DNA from: a virus
Strand: one strand, 5' to 3'
DNA length: 64,000 bases
IMG/VR virus record: IMGVR_UViG_3300026097_001223
Span: 118,330 to 182,329 of that record
The notes under the pieces were generated by a model. The model was not told where the DNA came from. It made no database searches and saw only the letters and a program-made list of their open reading frames with translations. Of this stretch, positions 1 to 7,730 are shown in pieces. Every line of letters begins with the position of its first letter. Position 1 is the stretch's first letter. The translations under genes and the position numbers were made by a program.

Positions 1-1
1 A

Positions 2-589
2 GCTCCCGAAAGTGCAAACAATGCTGGCAGTCAAACCAGCTTCATTCCCATGCTGGTATTGGGTATACCTACTACTCCTATCATGGCACTGATGATAGCC
101 GCACTCTTAATACACCATGTAGTGCCTGGTCCTCAGATAGTCAGCACCAATCCCGAAGTTTTTTGGGGATTGATTGCCAGTATGTGGATAGGCAATCTGC
201 TGTTGCTGGTTTTGAATCTGCCGTTGATTGGTATTTGGATACGCATGTTAAATATAAGTTATAATATACTGTACCCAATTATACTGATATTTGCATGCCT
301 GGGCGTGTATGTGGTCACCAGCAATGTTGTTCATGTATTAATGACCGTTCCTTTTGCAGTGCTGGGTTATCTGTTTAAAAAATGGGAATGTGAACCCGCG
401 CCATTGATGATGGGATTCATAGTAGGAGCAGCCATGGAAGAACATCTACGCAGGGCCATGACCATCAGCAAAGGTGATTGGATGGTATTTGTGGAAAGAC
501 CTATCAGCGCCACACTGTTGGCTATCGCAACAGCATCTTTGGTTGTTGTGGCAATTTACGTTGCAAGGAGAGTGCGTGTACATTCGTGA
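2..589 (+). CDS. tctA: TctA-family tripartite tricarboxylate transporter large permease, 5'-truncated by the window edge
   Basis: Frame is open from base 2 and reads APESANNAGSQTSFIPMLVLGIP, a typical TctA motif. Multiple TM segments, CEPAPLMMGFIVG..MEEHLRRAM. Confidence 0.85.
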   Translation, partial: APESANNAGSQTSFIPMLVLGIPTTPIMALMIAALLIHHVVPGPQIVSTNPEVFWGLIASMWIGNLLLLVLNLPLIGIWIRMLNISYNILYPIILIFACLGVYVVTSNVVHVLMTVPFAVLGYLFKKWECEPAPLMMGFIVGAAMEEHLRRAMTISKGDWMVFVERPISATLLAIATASLVVVAIYVARRVRVHS

Positions 590-1421
590 AAAAAACGGCA
601 TAGATGATCTGTACGGATACAGTGTTGGCACGGTGTTAAATGATTGCGGACATGACGACAGTAAATTGATTGCAATGCTTATCCAAAAGGCAATGCGCGA
701 CTACAATGTCAATGTATGGTTATGTGATTTCACTGTGAAAAATTTACTTGAATATTCGCAGGCACAAGAACGGTGCGGCGTAGCACAGGTGTATAATAAT
801 TACATTAATGATTTTATCCTAGGAAACAACTATACTCCCAGGCAATATGAATACCCGGCAGATTATGTAATGGGTGCACAAGAGTTCGACGAAAGTGTTA
901 GATTTTACAATGCTACAAAGTTTGCATATTTTTTAGAAAATCCTATCGACAAGTTCCGTGTACCGATTGCTTATAGTTATGGCGACAATAACACACTGTT
1001 AAGACACCCAGGTAACACACGCTACATGTCAATGATGGCAATGCCAGACAATACAGGTGTGCAATTGTTGATTACGGATTTTGTAAAAAATAAACAGATT
1101 TTAGAACATGCAAAAGCACAGTGCACTAACTGTGTTAATCTTGCTGAGTGCACTGCACAAGAAATAGTTGAACTATTTGATTTTAGTACGTACCACGGAT
1201 TAAGTGTGCGATATAGTAATCTTGTAGGAATACAAGTGGTAGAATCTCACAGCCGATTAACAGAATTTTACGAGCCTTTTATTATTTCTTACACTGGTTC
1301 TGAATTGTATGTTAACAAAACCTTGGTCGCACAATTACGTGTCGGTGAAAAAAATCATAAAGATTATTTTTATATGCCTGGCACAAAACATGACTATTTG
1401 CAAATGGAATATGAGTTTTAA
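576..1421 (+). CDS. hypothetical protein
   Basis: Long ORF (track 474-1421). Likely start is GTG at 576 after AAGGAG (565-570). No family recognised. Confidence 0.6.
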   Translation: MYIREKNGIDDLYGYSVGTVLNDCGHDDSKLIAMLIQKAMRDYNVNVWLCDFTVKNLLEYSQAQERCGVAQVYNNYINDFILGNNYTPRQYEYPADYVMGAQEFDESVRFYNATKFAYFLENPIDKFRVPIAYSYGDNNTLLRHPGNTRYMSMMAMPDNTGVQLLITDFVKNKQILEHAKAQCTNCVNLAECTAQEIVELFDFSTYHGLSVRYSNLVGIQVVESHSRLTEFYEPFIISYTGSELYVNKTLVAQLRVGEKNHKDYFYMPGTKHDYLQMEYEF

Positions 1422-2583
1422 ATTTTTTATACCCAATGGCAAACTACTTCGGCAATCCATTGTGCCACAATTTAATTTTTTAGATACACTTGAGTATTTG
1501 AACATTGAGTATACTGTAACCAATAGGCCAGAATCTGACAGTATTCTTTTAATTGTGCCGCTAAATGAAATACAAATTCGAGGCAACGACCACTGGGTCG
1601 AAGGCATAAAAAAATATTTCACAGATCATTCTTGGTCAGGTCCGGTGCTGATTTGGTACCCCGAGGAGCAGTTTGATTGGATATCCGGCGGACATATTTT
1701 AAATGAAATTGTAAAAAAGCTAGGTTATCCAAAACACAATGTTTTTTACGTTAGCGGAGATAAAACACCAGTTGAATCGGCTAACCTAGCTAGCGACAAT
1801 GTTTTGTATTTTCCTTACTTTGCTTATCGTATATCAAGATTAACTGCTCCAACAAGCAAACAACTCAAGTCTGCTCAAAAATCTTTTATTTGTCCAATAT
1901 GGCATGCGAGACCAGCAAGGCAATATCTACTGCATTATCTTTATAAAAATAATTTTTTAGATAAAGGATACGTAAGCTTTGGGAGAAATAAGTATTCCAC
2001 ATTGGAGGTTTTAAAACAGTATTCCAGCAAATACTTACCAGCCAGCGAGCTAGAGCAAATTGCGGAAACCATGACTCTGTTTTTGCCATTGGAAGAAAAC
2101 AATTTTACTCCGCAATATCAATTGACAATCGATGACTCGGGTATGAGTCAAGACAAGGCATGGAGTCATCAGTGGTTGTTAGATCAATTGTATCCTTATA
2201 TGAGATCCACAAAGGTTTATATTTCGCCGGAATCCGGGTGGAATTGGCAAGGGGACTTACCACACCCTACAGGATTTCTCACTGAAAAAACTTTTTTCGC
2301 TGTGTTAAGCAGAATGCCGTTTTTAATTCATGGCGAAAAACATTTAATAAAAACCATGCAAGATCTTGGCTATGAAACATTTTCGGATCATGTAGATGAA
2401 AGCTACGATGAACACGACAGTATTCATCAACGTACATTGGCAATGCTCGATTCACTTAATCAATTTTGTGATATTAGTGACATATCAGTGTTCGATGATA
2501 TTGTCGAACACAATTACAATGTGCTGTTAACCAGCGACTATAAATCTATGTTAACTACTCAATTAGAAAAAATACAGCCTTAA
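1411..2583 (+). CDS. glycosyltransferase-like (GT-B C-terminal type) phage hypothetical protein
   Basis: ATG 1411 overlaps the previous stop. C-terminal ISPES...FLTEKTFFAVLSRMPFLIHG....IKTMQDLGYETFSDHVDESYD resembles GT10-like phage proteins. Confidence 0.45.
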   Translation: MSFKFFIPNGKLLRQSIVPQFNFLDTLEYLNIEYTVTNRPESDSILLIVPLNEIQIRGNDHWVEGIKKYFTDHSWSGPVLIWYPEEQFDWISGGHILNEIVKKLGYPKHNVFYVSGDKTPVESANLASDNVLYFPYFAYRISRLTAPTSKQLKSAQKSFICPIWHARPARQYLLHYLYKNNFLDKGYVSFGRNKYSTLEVLKQYSSKYLPASELEQIAETMTLFLPLEENNFTPQYQLTIDDSGMSQDKAWSHQWLLDQLYPYMRSTKVYISPESGWNWQGDLPHPTGFLTEKTFFAVLSRMPFLIHGEKHLIKTMQDLGYETFSDHVDESYDEHDSIHQRTLAMLDSLNQFCDISDISVFDDIVEHNYNVLLTSDYKSMLTTQLEKIQP

Positions 2584-2587
2584 TTGG

Positions 2588-2615
2588 TTGACAAACAAGT
2601 TGTTTAGTGTAAACT
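2588..2615 (+). promoter_or_regulatory. sigma70-type early promoter
   Basis: TTGACA (2588-2593), 16 nt spacer, TAAACT (2610-2615), 11 nt upstream of a tRNA. Confidence 0.6.
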
Positions 2616-2626
2616 ATAAACAAGTT

Positions 2627-2703
2627 GGACCTATAGCTCAGTTGGTTAGAGCAGTGAACTCATAATTCATTGGCCCCTGGTTCGAGTCCAGGTGGGTCCA
2701 CCA
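2627..2703 (+). tRNA. tRNA with CAT anticodon, most likely tRNA-Ile2 (lysidine type)
   Basis: Acceptor GGACCTA/TGGGTCC, A73, encoded CCA. Anticodon arm GTGAA-CTCATAA-TTCAT; T-loop TTCGAGT. Overall pattern resembles E. coli ileX more than Met tRNAs. Confidence 0.9.
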
Positions 2704-2750
2704 ACTTATTCATAGCTGCAACTCGTAGTGCATAACTAAAACTAGGTACA

Positions 2751-2898
2751 GTTGAGGTCACCGTGAACATAGAGATTCATGGGTAATCGGGGAAGCAGTA
2801 AATCTGCACTGGCCTTGCAACGGTAGAGCGACACTGGGTCGCGAGTCCGAATGCCGTCCTCAATATTCTGGTACCGCAGAGCACAAGGTACTGCTCTG
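2751..2898 (+). promoter_or_regulatory. class II (AdoCbl-variant-like) cobalamin riboswitch
   Basis: P2 GTTGAGG/CCTCAAT; GGGGAA-GCAG-TAAAT-CTGC T-loop; L5 CCTTG (2813-2817) complementary to L13 CAAGG (2884-2888) of hairpin CAGAGCA/TGCTCTG; TCCGAATGCC (2846-2855) J6/3 motif. Lies directly upstream of a TonB-dependent receptor. Confidence 0.88.
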
Positions 2899-2920
2899 AC
2901 AACTTACAAAAAGGTACACA

Positions 2921-4531
2921 ATGAAAAAATCTATTCTCTCCATTGGCCTATTGGCCGTGTCTCTTTCTACGTCAGCAGAAACCACTGACATAACAATTTA
3001 TGTTACTCGAACACCAGTTGAACAAAGCATTGACACCAGGAGTTATACTAGAGCGGACTCTTTAGAACAACTGGAACAGTCTCCGGGTATTAATATTGTG
3101 CAGAGCGGACCGCGTGGACAAAATACCAGCATGTTTGCACGAGGCACAGAAAGTGACCATACACTGCTTGCTATCAACGGCATGCCTATCAAAGATCATA
3201 GCACTATATCTGGCAGTGATGACATTGGACAACACAGTTTGGCTGGTATTGATCAACTGTTGTTTATACGAGGTCCAGCCGGTAGCGCCTATGGGCCCAA
3301 TGCTGTAGGAGGTGCTGTTGACTTTATCAGTCGCGGCACAGGCGACAGTGTATCAGCATCAACTGGTACCTATGGTTATAAAAATCTGTATGGCAGTAAA
3401 CGTTTTGCAAAGGATTCCTTTGCTGGTAGCATTGCTGTTGAAACAGAACGTGCCAATGGCATTGATGTTCAGGACAACGGTGATCAGGACAGCTACACCA
3501 AGAAAAACATAAACCTGTATGGCAGTTGGATGCTGGATCAAGGCGACTTGTACTTGAACTATATCCAGTCAGACAATAGCAGTGACCTAGATGGATGGAA
3601 CGAAACCAGTAACTGGCAGTTTGATAACACACAACTTGGCTACGAAACACAAAGTGCTCGGATCGTCTACAATCAAGCAAATCATAAACGCATCTATGAT
3701 ACTTCCAGTGTGTATCTCAGCTCTGACGCTAGACTGTTGACTGAAAAAACCTGGAATCAATGGACAGTGAGCCTAGAGCACAGCAATCATGAGTACGACA
3801 GCAACAGTCGAACTGAGCAAGGGGCAGCTGTTGCTTATAATGATCAGTGGCTAAGTGCCGAATTGCGATCCGATGACACTGAGCTAGGGTCATTTGCCAG
3901 CTGGAGACTGGGCGTTTCTCACAGTGGTTTGCGAGCCAGCGTCGCCAACGGATTTAGAACCCCCAGCCTCTATGAAGTCTACGGTGATGATTTGTATGTA
4001 GAAGAAAACACAGGCCTGCAAGCAGAATATATCACTGCATATGAATTGGGATATAGAAACAGCTGGGTTGATACTGCTTTGTTTTTCAACCAAGAAACAG
4101 ACAGGATCACATACATCACTGATCCAGAGACCTATGTAGGACAGTACACAAACAACATCAAAGACACTGTTCGTACACACGGAGTTGAAACATCTCTTAC
4201 CAAAACTGTGGACGATGTTACTGTGAATTACAACTATACCTATACCTGGAGTGATGCAGACAAGCTGAGACAGCCAGCTCACATGCACAACCTTGCTCTT
4301 TTATATGGCAGTGTAACATATAGTGCACAGTATATAGGATCGCACCTGGACACTGACAGCAACACGTTTACTACAGTGAACATGAATGATGTGCTGTTAC
4401 AGAATTTGTCTTACAAGAAAAAATGGTTCACTGTGACGGTAAATAATATCACTGATCAACAGTATCAACGTCCAGATGGGTATCAACAATACGGACGCAC
4501 TATCACATTAAAGGCAGATTATGAATTCTAA
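2921..4531 (+). CDS. btuB: TonB-dependent outer-membrane receptor, BtuB-like (cobalamin)
   Basis: Signal peptide; plug motifs PGINIVQSGPRGQ.TSMFARG...DHTLLAING and RGPAGSAYGPNAVGG; FRTPSLYE; C-terminal GRTITLKADYEF ending in Phe; B12 riboswitch upstream. Confidence 0.8.
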   Translation: MKKSILSIGLLAVSLSTSAETTDITIYVTRTPVEQSIDTRSYTRADSLEQLEQSPGINIVQSGPRGQNTSMFARGTESDHTLLAINGMPIKDHSTISGSDDIGQHSLAGIDQLLFIRGPAGSAYGPNAVGGAVDFISRGTGDSVSASTGTYGYKNLYGSKRFAKDSFAGSIAVETERANGIDVQDNGDQDSYTKKNINLYGSWMLDQGDLYLNYIQSDNSSDLDGWNETSNWQFDNTQLGYETQSARIVYNQANHKRIYDTSSVYLSSDARLLTEKTWNQWTVSLEHSNHEYDSNSRTEQGAAVAYNDQWLSAELRSDDTELGSFASWRLGVSHSGLRASVANGFRTPSLYEVYGDDLYVEENTGLQAEYITAYELGYRNSWVDTALFFNQETDRITYITDPETYVGQYTNNIKDTVRTHGVETSLTKTVDDVTVNYNYTYTWSDADKLRQPAHMHNLALLYGSVTYSAQYIGSHLDTDSNTFTTVNMNDVLLQNLSYKKKWFTVTVNNITDQQYQRPDGYQQYGRTITLKADYEF

Positions 4532-5009
4532 TATACGACTTTTTTTATTTTTAGCAGGGGCACTGTTTTTATTTAGAATTGTGCCGCATCCTCCAAACTT
4601 TACACCTGTTATCGCGGCAACTGTGTTTGCCGCGTGTGCAGGACAGCGTTTTTGGGAAACCATGGCTGTGGTGCTACTGGCAATGTTTGTGAGTGATTTG
4701 TTTTTAGGATTACATGCTGGTATGCTGTGGGTATACGCCAGCCTGGTACTTGTGTTCGTGACCTCAAGGTATATGAGTTTACTTGCAAGCACACTGATTG
4801 GACCTACAGTATTTTTTGTGTCTAGTAATTTTGCAGTATGGTTGAGCGGATGGTATCCTATGACCCTTGAAGGGTTGATTACTTGTTATGTGGCTGCCAT
4901 ACCATTTTATGCGACCAGCTTGACTGCGACAGTGTTCTATGTTATATTATTTAAAATAATGCAACGTTATCTCGCAGTAGCTCAGCAGGATAGAGCATCG
5001 GACTTCTAA
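4521..5009 (+). CDS. integral membrane protein, DUF6580/ECF S-component-like, putative cobalamin transporter
   Basis: About 5-6 TM helices, PHPPNFTP motif, FFVSSNFAVW..GWYP...GLITCYVAAIPF; overlaps the btuB-like stop; last 13 codons lie inside tRNA-Arg. Confidence 0.7.
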   Translation: MNSNIRLFLFLAGALFLFRIVPHPPNFTPVIAATVFAACAGQRFWETMAVVLLAMFVSDLFLGLHAGMLWVYASLVLVFVTSRYMSLLASTLIGPTVFFVSSNFAVWLSGWYPMTLEGLITCYVAAIPFYATSLTATVFYVILFKIMQRYLAVAQQDRASDF

Positions 5010-5047
5010 TCCGAGGGTCGCAGGTTCGAATCCTGCCTGCGAGGCCA
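4971..5047 (+). tRNA. tRNA-Arg(TCT)
   Basis: Acceptor CTCGCAG/CTGCGAG, G73, CCA; anticodon arm TCGGA-CTTCTAA-TCCGA; T-arm GCAGG-TTCGAAT-CCTGC. Confidence 0.93.
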
Positions 5048-5088
5048 ATTATTCCTCTTGCCGCTAAGTACAAAAATAGGAAAAAATC

Positions 5089-5337
5089 ATGAACTTTTTT
5101 ATCATAGTACTATTAAGCGGATCGGTCAATGGAGCCGAAGAGTATTTTATTGTAACTGATCCAACATTTGAAACCATGGAACAGTGCGCAGATCATGGCG
5201 TTAACAACCAAAGTTCAGTGTTACAGGGCATGTACAATGCTACGGGTAGAACAAACTGGGACACAATAGCCTGCGTTGATAAAGAAAGATTACAATACAT
5301 GTTAAGAAATATAAAACCAGAAGGTATAGATGCATAA
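5089..5337 (+). CDS. small hypothetical protein with N-terminal hydrophobic segment
   Basis: ORF with SD-like AGGA; two Cys (TFETMEQC, IACV). Confidence 0.55.
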   Translation: MNFFIIVLLSGSVNGAEEYFIVTDPTFETMEQCADHGVNNQSSVLQGMYNATGRTNWDTIACVDKERLQYMLRNIKPEGIDA

Positions 5338-6091
5338 AACTCCAGAAAACATAAGCAATTGGATAAAAACCTACGCTGAAGATGCTGGACTCGAAACTCT
5401 AGTGGTAGGTGTAAGTGGCGGCATTGACAGTGCTGTAGTGAGCACACTGTGTGCAATGACTGGCATGAACACAGTGGTAGTGAGCATGCCTATTAGACAA
5501 AAGGACGAGCAACATGAACTCAGTGTTGATCATTGTTTGGCATTGCTTGAAAGATTTCCAAATGTTCACTGGGACACTGTGAATCTCACTGAAGCGTTTG
5601 AACAACTAGAAACACTGTTTGCAAACACGCAATACAACAGTGAATTAGCATTTGCCAACAGCCGCAGTAGACTGAGAATGATCACACTGTACCAAATTGC
5701 AGGAAGCACTCGCGGACTTGTGGTGGGCACTGGCAACAAGGTTGAAGACTTTGGCGTTGGGTTTTACACCAAGTATGGCGATGGCGGTGTTGACATTTCG
5801 CCCATTGCAGACCTAACAAAAACTCAAGTTTGGGAAATGGGAAAAACAATCGGCGTCGATCAACGCATCATTGATGCCAAGCCCACCGACGGATTATGGG
5901 ACGATGGTCGAAACGACCAGGATCAATTAGGCGGATTGACCTATTCACAATTAGAAGAAGCCATGCGCCTAGCAGATGCAGTGCGAGCAGGTGCTCCTCT
6001 AGAAGCGCATGAAAAACGACTGCTAGACAAGTACAACGAGATTCGCAAACCAAACCTGCACAAGATGAATCCAATTCCTGTATTTAAATGA
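5330..6091 (+). CDS. nadE: NH3-dependent NAD+ synthetase
   Basis: GVSGGIDSAVV PP-loop, RLRM, GTGNKVE, GFYTKYGDGGVDISPIADLTKTQV, KPTDGLW. Confidence 0.93.
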   Translation: MHKTPENISNWIKTYAEDAGLETLVVGVSGGIDSAVVSTLCAMTGMNTVVVSMPIRQKDEQHELSVDHCLALLERFPNVHWDTVNLTEAFEQLETLFANTQYNSELAFANSRSRLRMITLYQIAGSTRGLVVGTGNKVEDFGVGFYTKYGDGGVDISPIADLTKTQVWEMGKTIGVDQRIIDAKPTDGLWDDGRNDQDQLGGLTYSQLEEAMRLADAVRAGAPLEAHEKRLLDKYNEIRKPNLHKMNPIPVFK

Positions 6092-6678
6092 GCAACATAC
6101 CAAAAAATAAAAGCGTTTTAATTTTTGCATATTTTCGAAGTGGTAGCACTGCTCTCTGTGACCAAATTGCTAAACAATTAAATGTCCCTAATTTTGACGA
6201 AGCATTTCATAACTGTTACCCTGACAGAAGAGATGAATTTTTAAAATATTATCCTAAGCGTTGTGTATTCAAAATCATGGGCGATCAAACTGGAGGGAAG
6301 TATACCGCCCAAATTAACAATGCATTCCGAGACTGCTACACTATAAAATTAACAAGACGAGATTTAGCAGCACAATGTACAAGCTGGGTTATAAGTCAAA
6401 TGGGCTACATATGGCATCAATACAAAACTATGCAAATGTCAGATTATACCATTGAAATTGACCATAAATGGTTTAAGTTATATATAAATCAAATTTTGCA
6501 AAGCAATCAACTTATTGATAGTTTTACAAGATATACCAACTTTGACAAACATTTGGTATACGAAGATTTAAAACCAATTACCGGTGACTATATAAAGCGT
6601 AAAAAACCTACTAACTACACGGAAGTATATGATTCGGTTAAAATTATCTTGGAAAGAAATCATGGATATAACTTATGA
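6088..6678 (+). CDS. sulfotransferase-like protein
   Basis: N-terminal FRSGSTALC 5'-PSB-like loop; LTRRDLAAQCTSW 3'-PB-like segment; YED motif. Confidence 0.5.
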   Translation: MSNIPKNKSVLIFAYFRSGSTALCDQIAKQLNVPNFDEAFHNCYPDRRDEFLKYYPKRCVFKIMGDQTGGKYTAQINNAFRDCYTIKLTRRDLAAQCTSWVISQMGYIWHQYKTMQMSDYTIEIDHKWFKLYINQILQSNQLIDSFTRYTNFDKHLVYEDLKPITGDYIKRKKPTNYTEVYDSVKIILERNHGYNL

Positions 6679-7349
6679 ATCTTGTTGTATTCGGCGACAG
6701 TTTTGCTCATGGGATTAATAAAGAACCTTATCGCATGTTAAACGAGGAAAGTAACGCACAAAGCTTTGCGCAACAGATTGTTGACCAATCTAATGTGTTT
6801 TCTGAATGTATAAACAATGGCAAATCGGGAAATAGCAACGGTTGCATTGCCCATGATGTGTACCAATATACTCTAGAAAACAATACCAGTAACTGTTTTT
6901 TTCTTATTTGTTGGACCACTCCTTTGAGAAGACATCGGTGGAACGGGAAAACTTATGTGCCTTGTAATGCGCAAATTGCAGAATATACAAATCACAGCAG
7001 AATTTATGAAACTCTTAGAGATATTGCACTTGTAGCAAATTTCTTACAGCATAACAATATTCCATACTTGATGACTCAAGCATTTGATGACTTAAAAAAA
7101 TACACACACGACAAAACCATAATGATTCCTAACTGGATAGAATATCCAGCGCCTAATAACACACTTTTTGACATCTGCGCAAAAAGGTGGCTCAGTGATG
7201 TTGAACACAATGATTACAAAAAAAATCATGCTACGTTTGATGTAGAGACCGAATATCTTGCTGGATGTAAACACCCTAACAAACTAGGTCATCAGAAGAT
7301 TGCAGAAACATTGTTGCCTTACATTTTACAAAAGATTTCAAAAAAATAA
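6675..7349 (+). CDS. SGNH/GDSL hydrolase-like protein
   Basis: FGDSF block I, NNGKSGNSN block II, HPNKLGH block V. Confidence 0.65.
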   Translation: MNLVVFGDSFAHGINKEPYRMLNEESNAQSFAQQIVDQSNVFSECINNGKSGNSNGCIAHDVYQYTLENNTSNCFFLICWTTPLRRHRWNGKTYVPCNAQIAEYTNHSRIYETLRDIALVANFLQHNNIPYLMTQAFDDLKKYTHDKTIMIPNWIEYPAPNNTLFDICAKRWLSDVEHNDYKKNHATFDVETEYLAGCKHPNKLGHQKIAETLLPYILQKISKK

Positions 7350-7362
7350 CCATTATTTGTCA

Positions 7363-7391
7363 TTGACCATACATAAAAAAACTGTTATAGT
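7363..7391 (+). promoter_or_regulatory. sigma70-type promoter of the tRNA cluster
   Basis: TTGACC, 17 nt spacer, extended -10 TGnTATAGT. Confidence 0.7.
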
Positions 7392-7401
7392 TAATCATAA
7401 T

Positions 7402-7494
7402 CGAGAAGTGGCCGAGTGGCTGAAGGCGCTCCCCTGCTAAGGGAGTATAGGGTTTGTAGCCCTATCGAGGGTTCGAATCCCTCCTTCTCGGCCA
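7402..7494 (+). tRNA. tRNA-Ser(GCT)
   Basis: Acceptor CGAGAAG/CTTCTCG, G73, CCA; anticodon arm CTCCC-CTGCTAA-GGGAG; long variable arm. Confidence 0.95.
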
Positions 7495-7507
7495 ATTTTA
7501 CATATAT

Positions 7508-7584
7508 GCCGCTGTAGCCCAATTGGCAGAGGCGTCTGGTTTAGGTCCAGAAGGTTGGGGGTTCGACTCCCTCCAGCGGCACCA
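7508..7584 (+). tRNA. tRNA-Leu(TAG) with short variable loop
   Basis: Acceptor GCCGCTG/CAGCGGC, A73, CCA; anticodon arm TCTGG-TTTAGGT-CCAGA; 5-nt variable loop. Confidence 0.88.
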
Positions 7585-7591
7585 TACATTT

Positions 7592-7666
7592 GCGGGTGTA
7601 GCTCAGTGGTAGAGCCCTTCGTTGCCAACGAAGCTGTCGTGAGTTCGAATCTCATCACCCGCTCCA
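7592..7666 (+). tRNA. tRNA-Gly(GCC)
   Basis: Acceptor GCGGGTG/CACCCGC, U73, CCA; anticodon arm CTTCG-TTGCCAA-CGAAG. Confidence 0.95.
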
Positions 7667-7730
7667 CTTAGAGATATATTCTTTATGTTGAACACAATTT
7701 TAATAAAATTTTTTAAAGTTTACATTTATA

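Noticed and set aside
2627-2703. Calling the CAT tRNA initiator or elongator Met
   Set aside because: It lacks the C1:A72 mismatch and the three G-C anticodon-stem pairs of fMet, and overall resembles Ile2; elongator Met cannot be fully excluded without isotype models.
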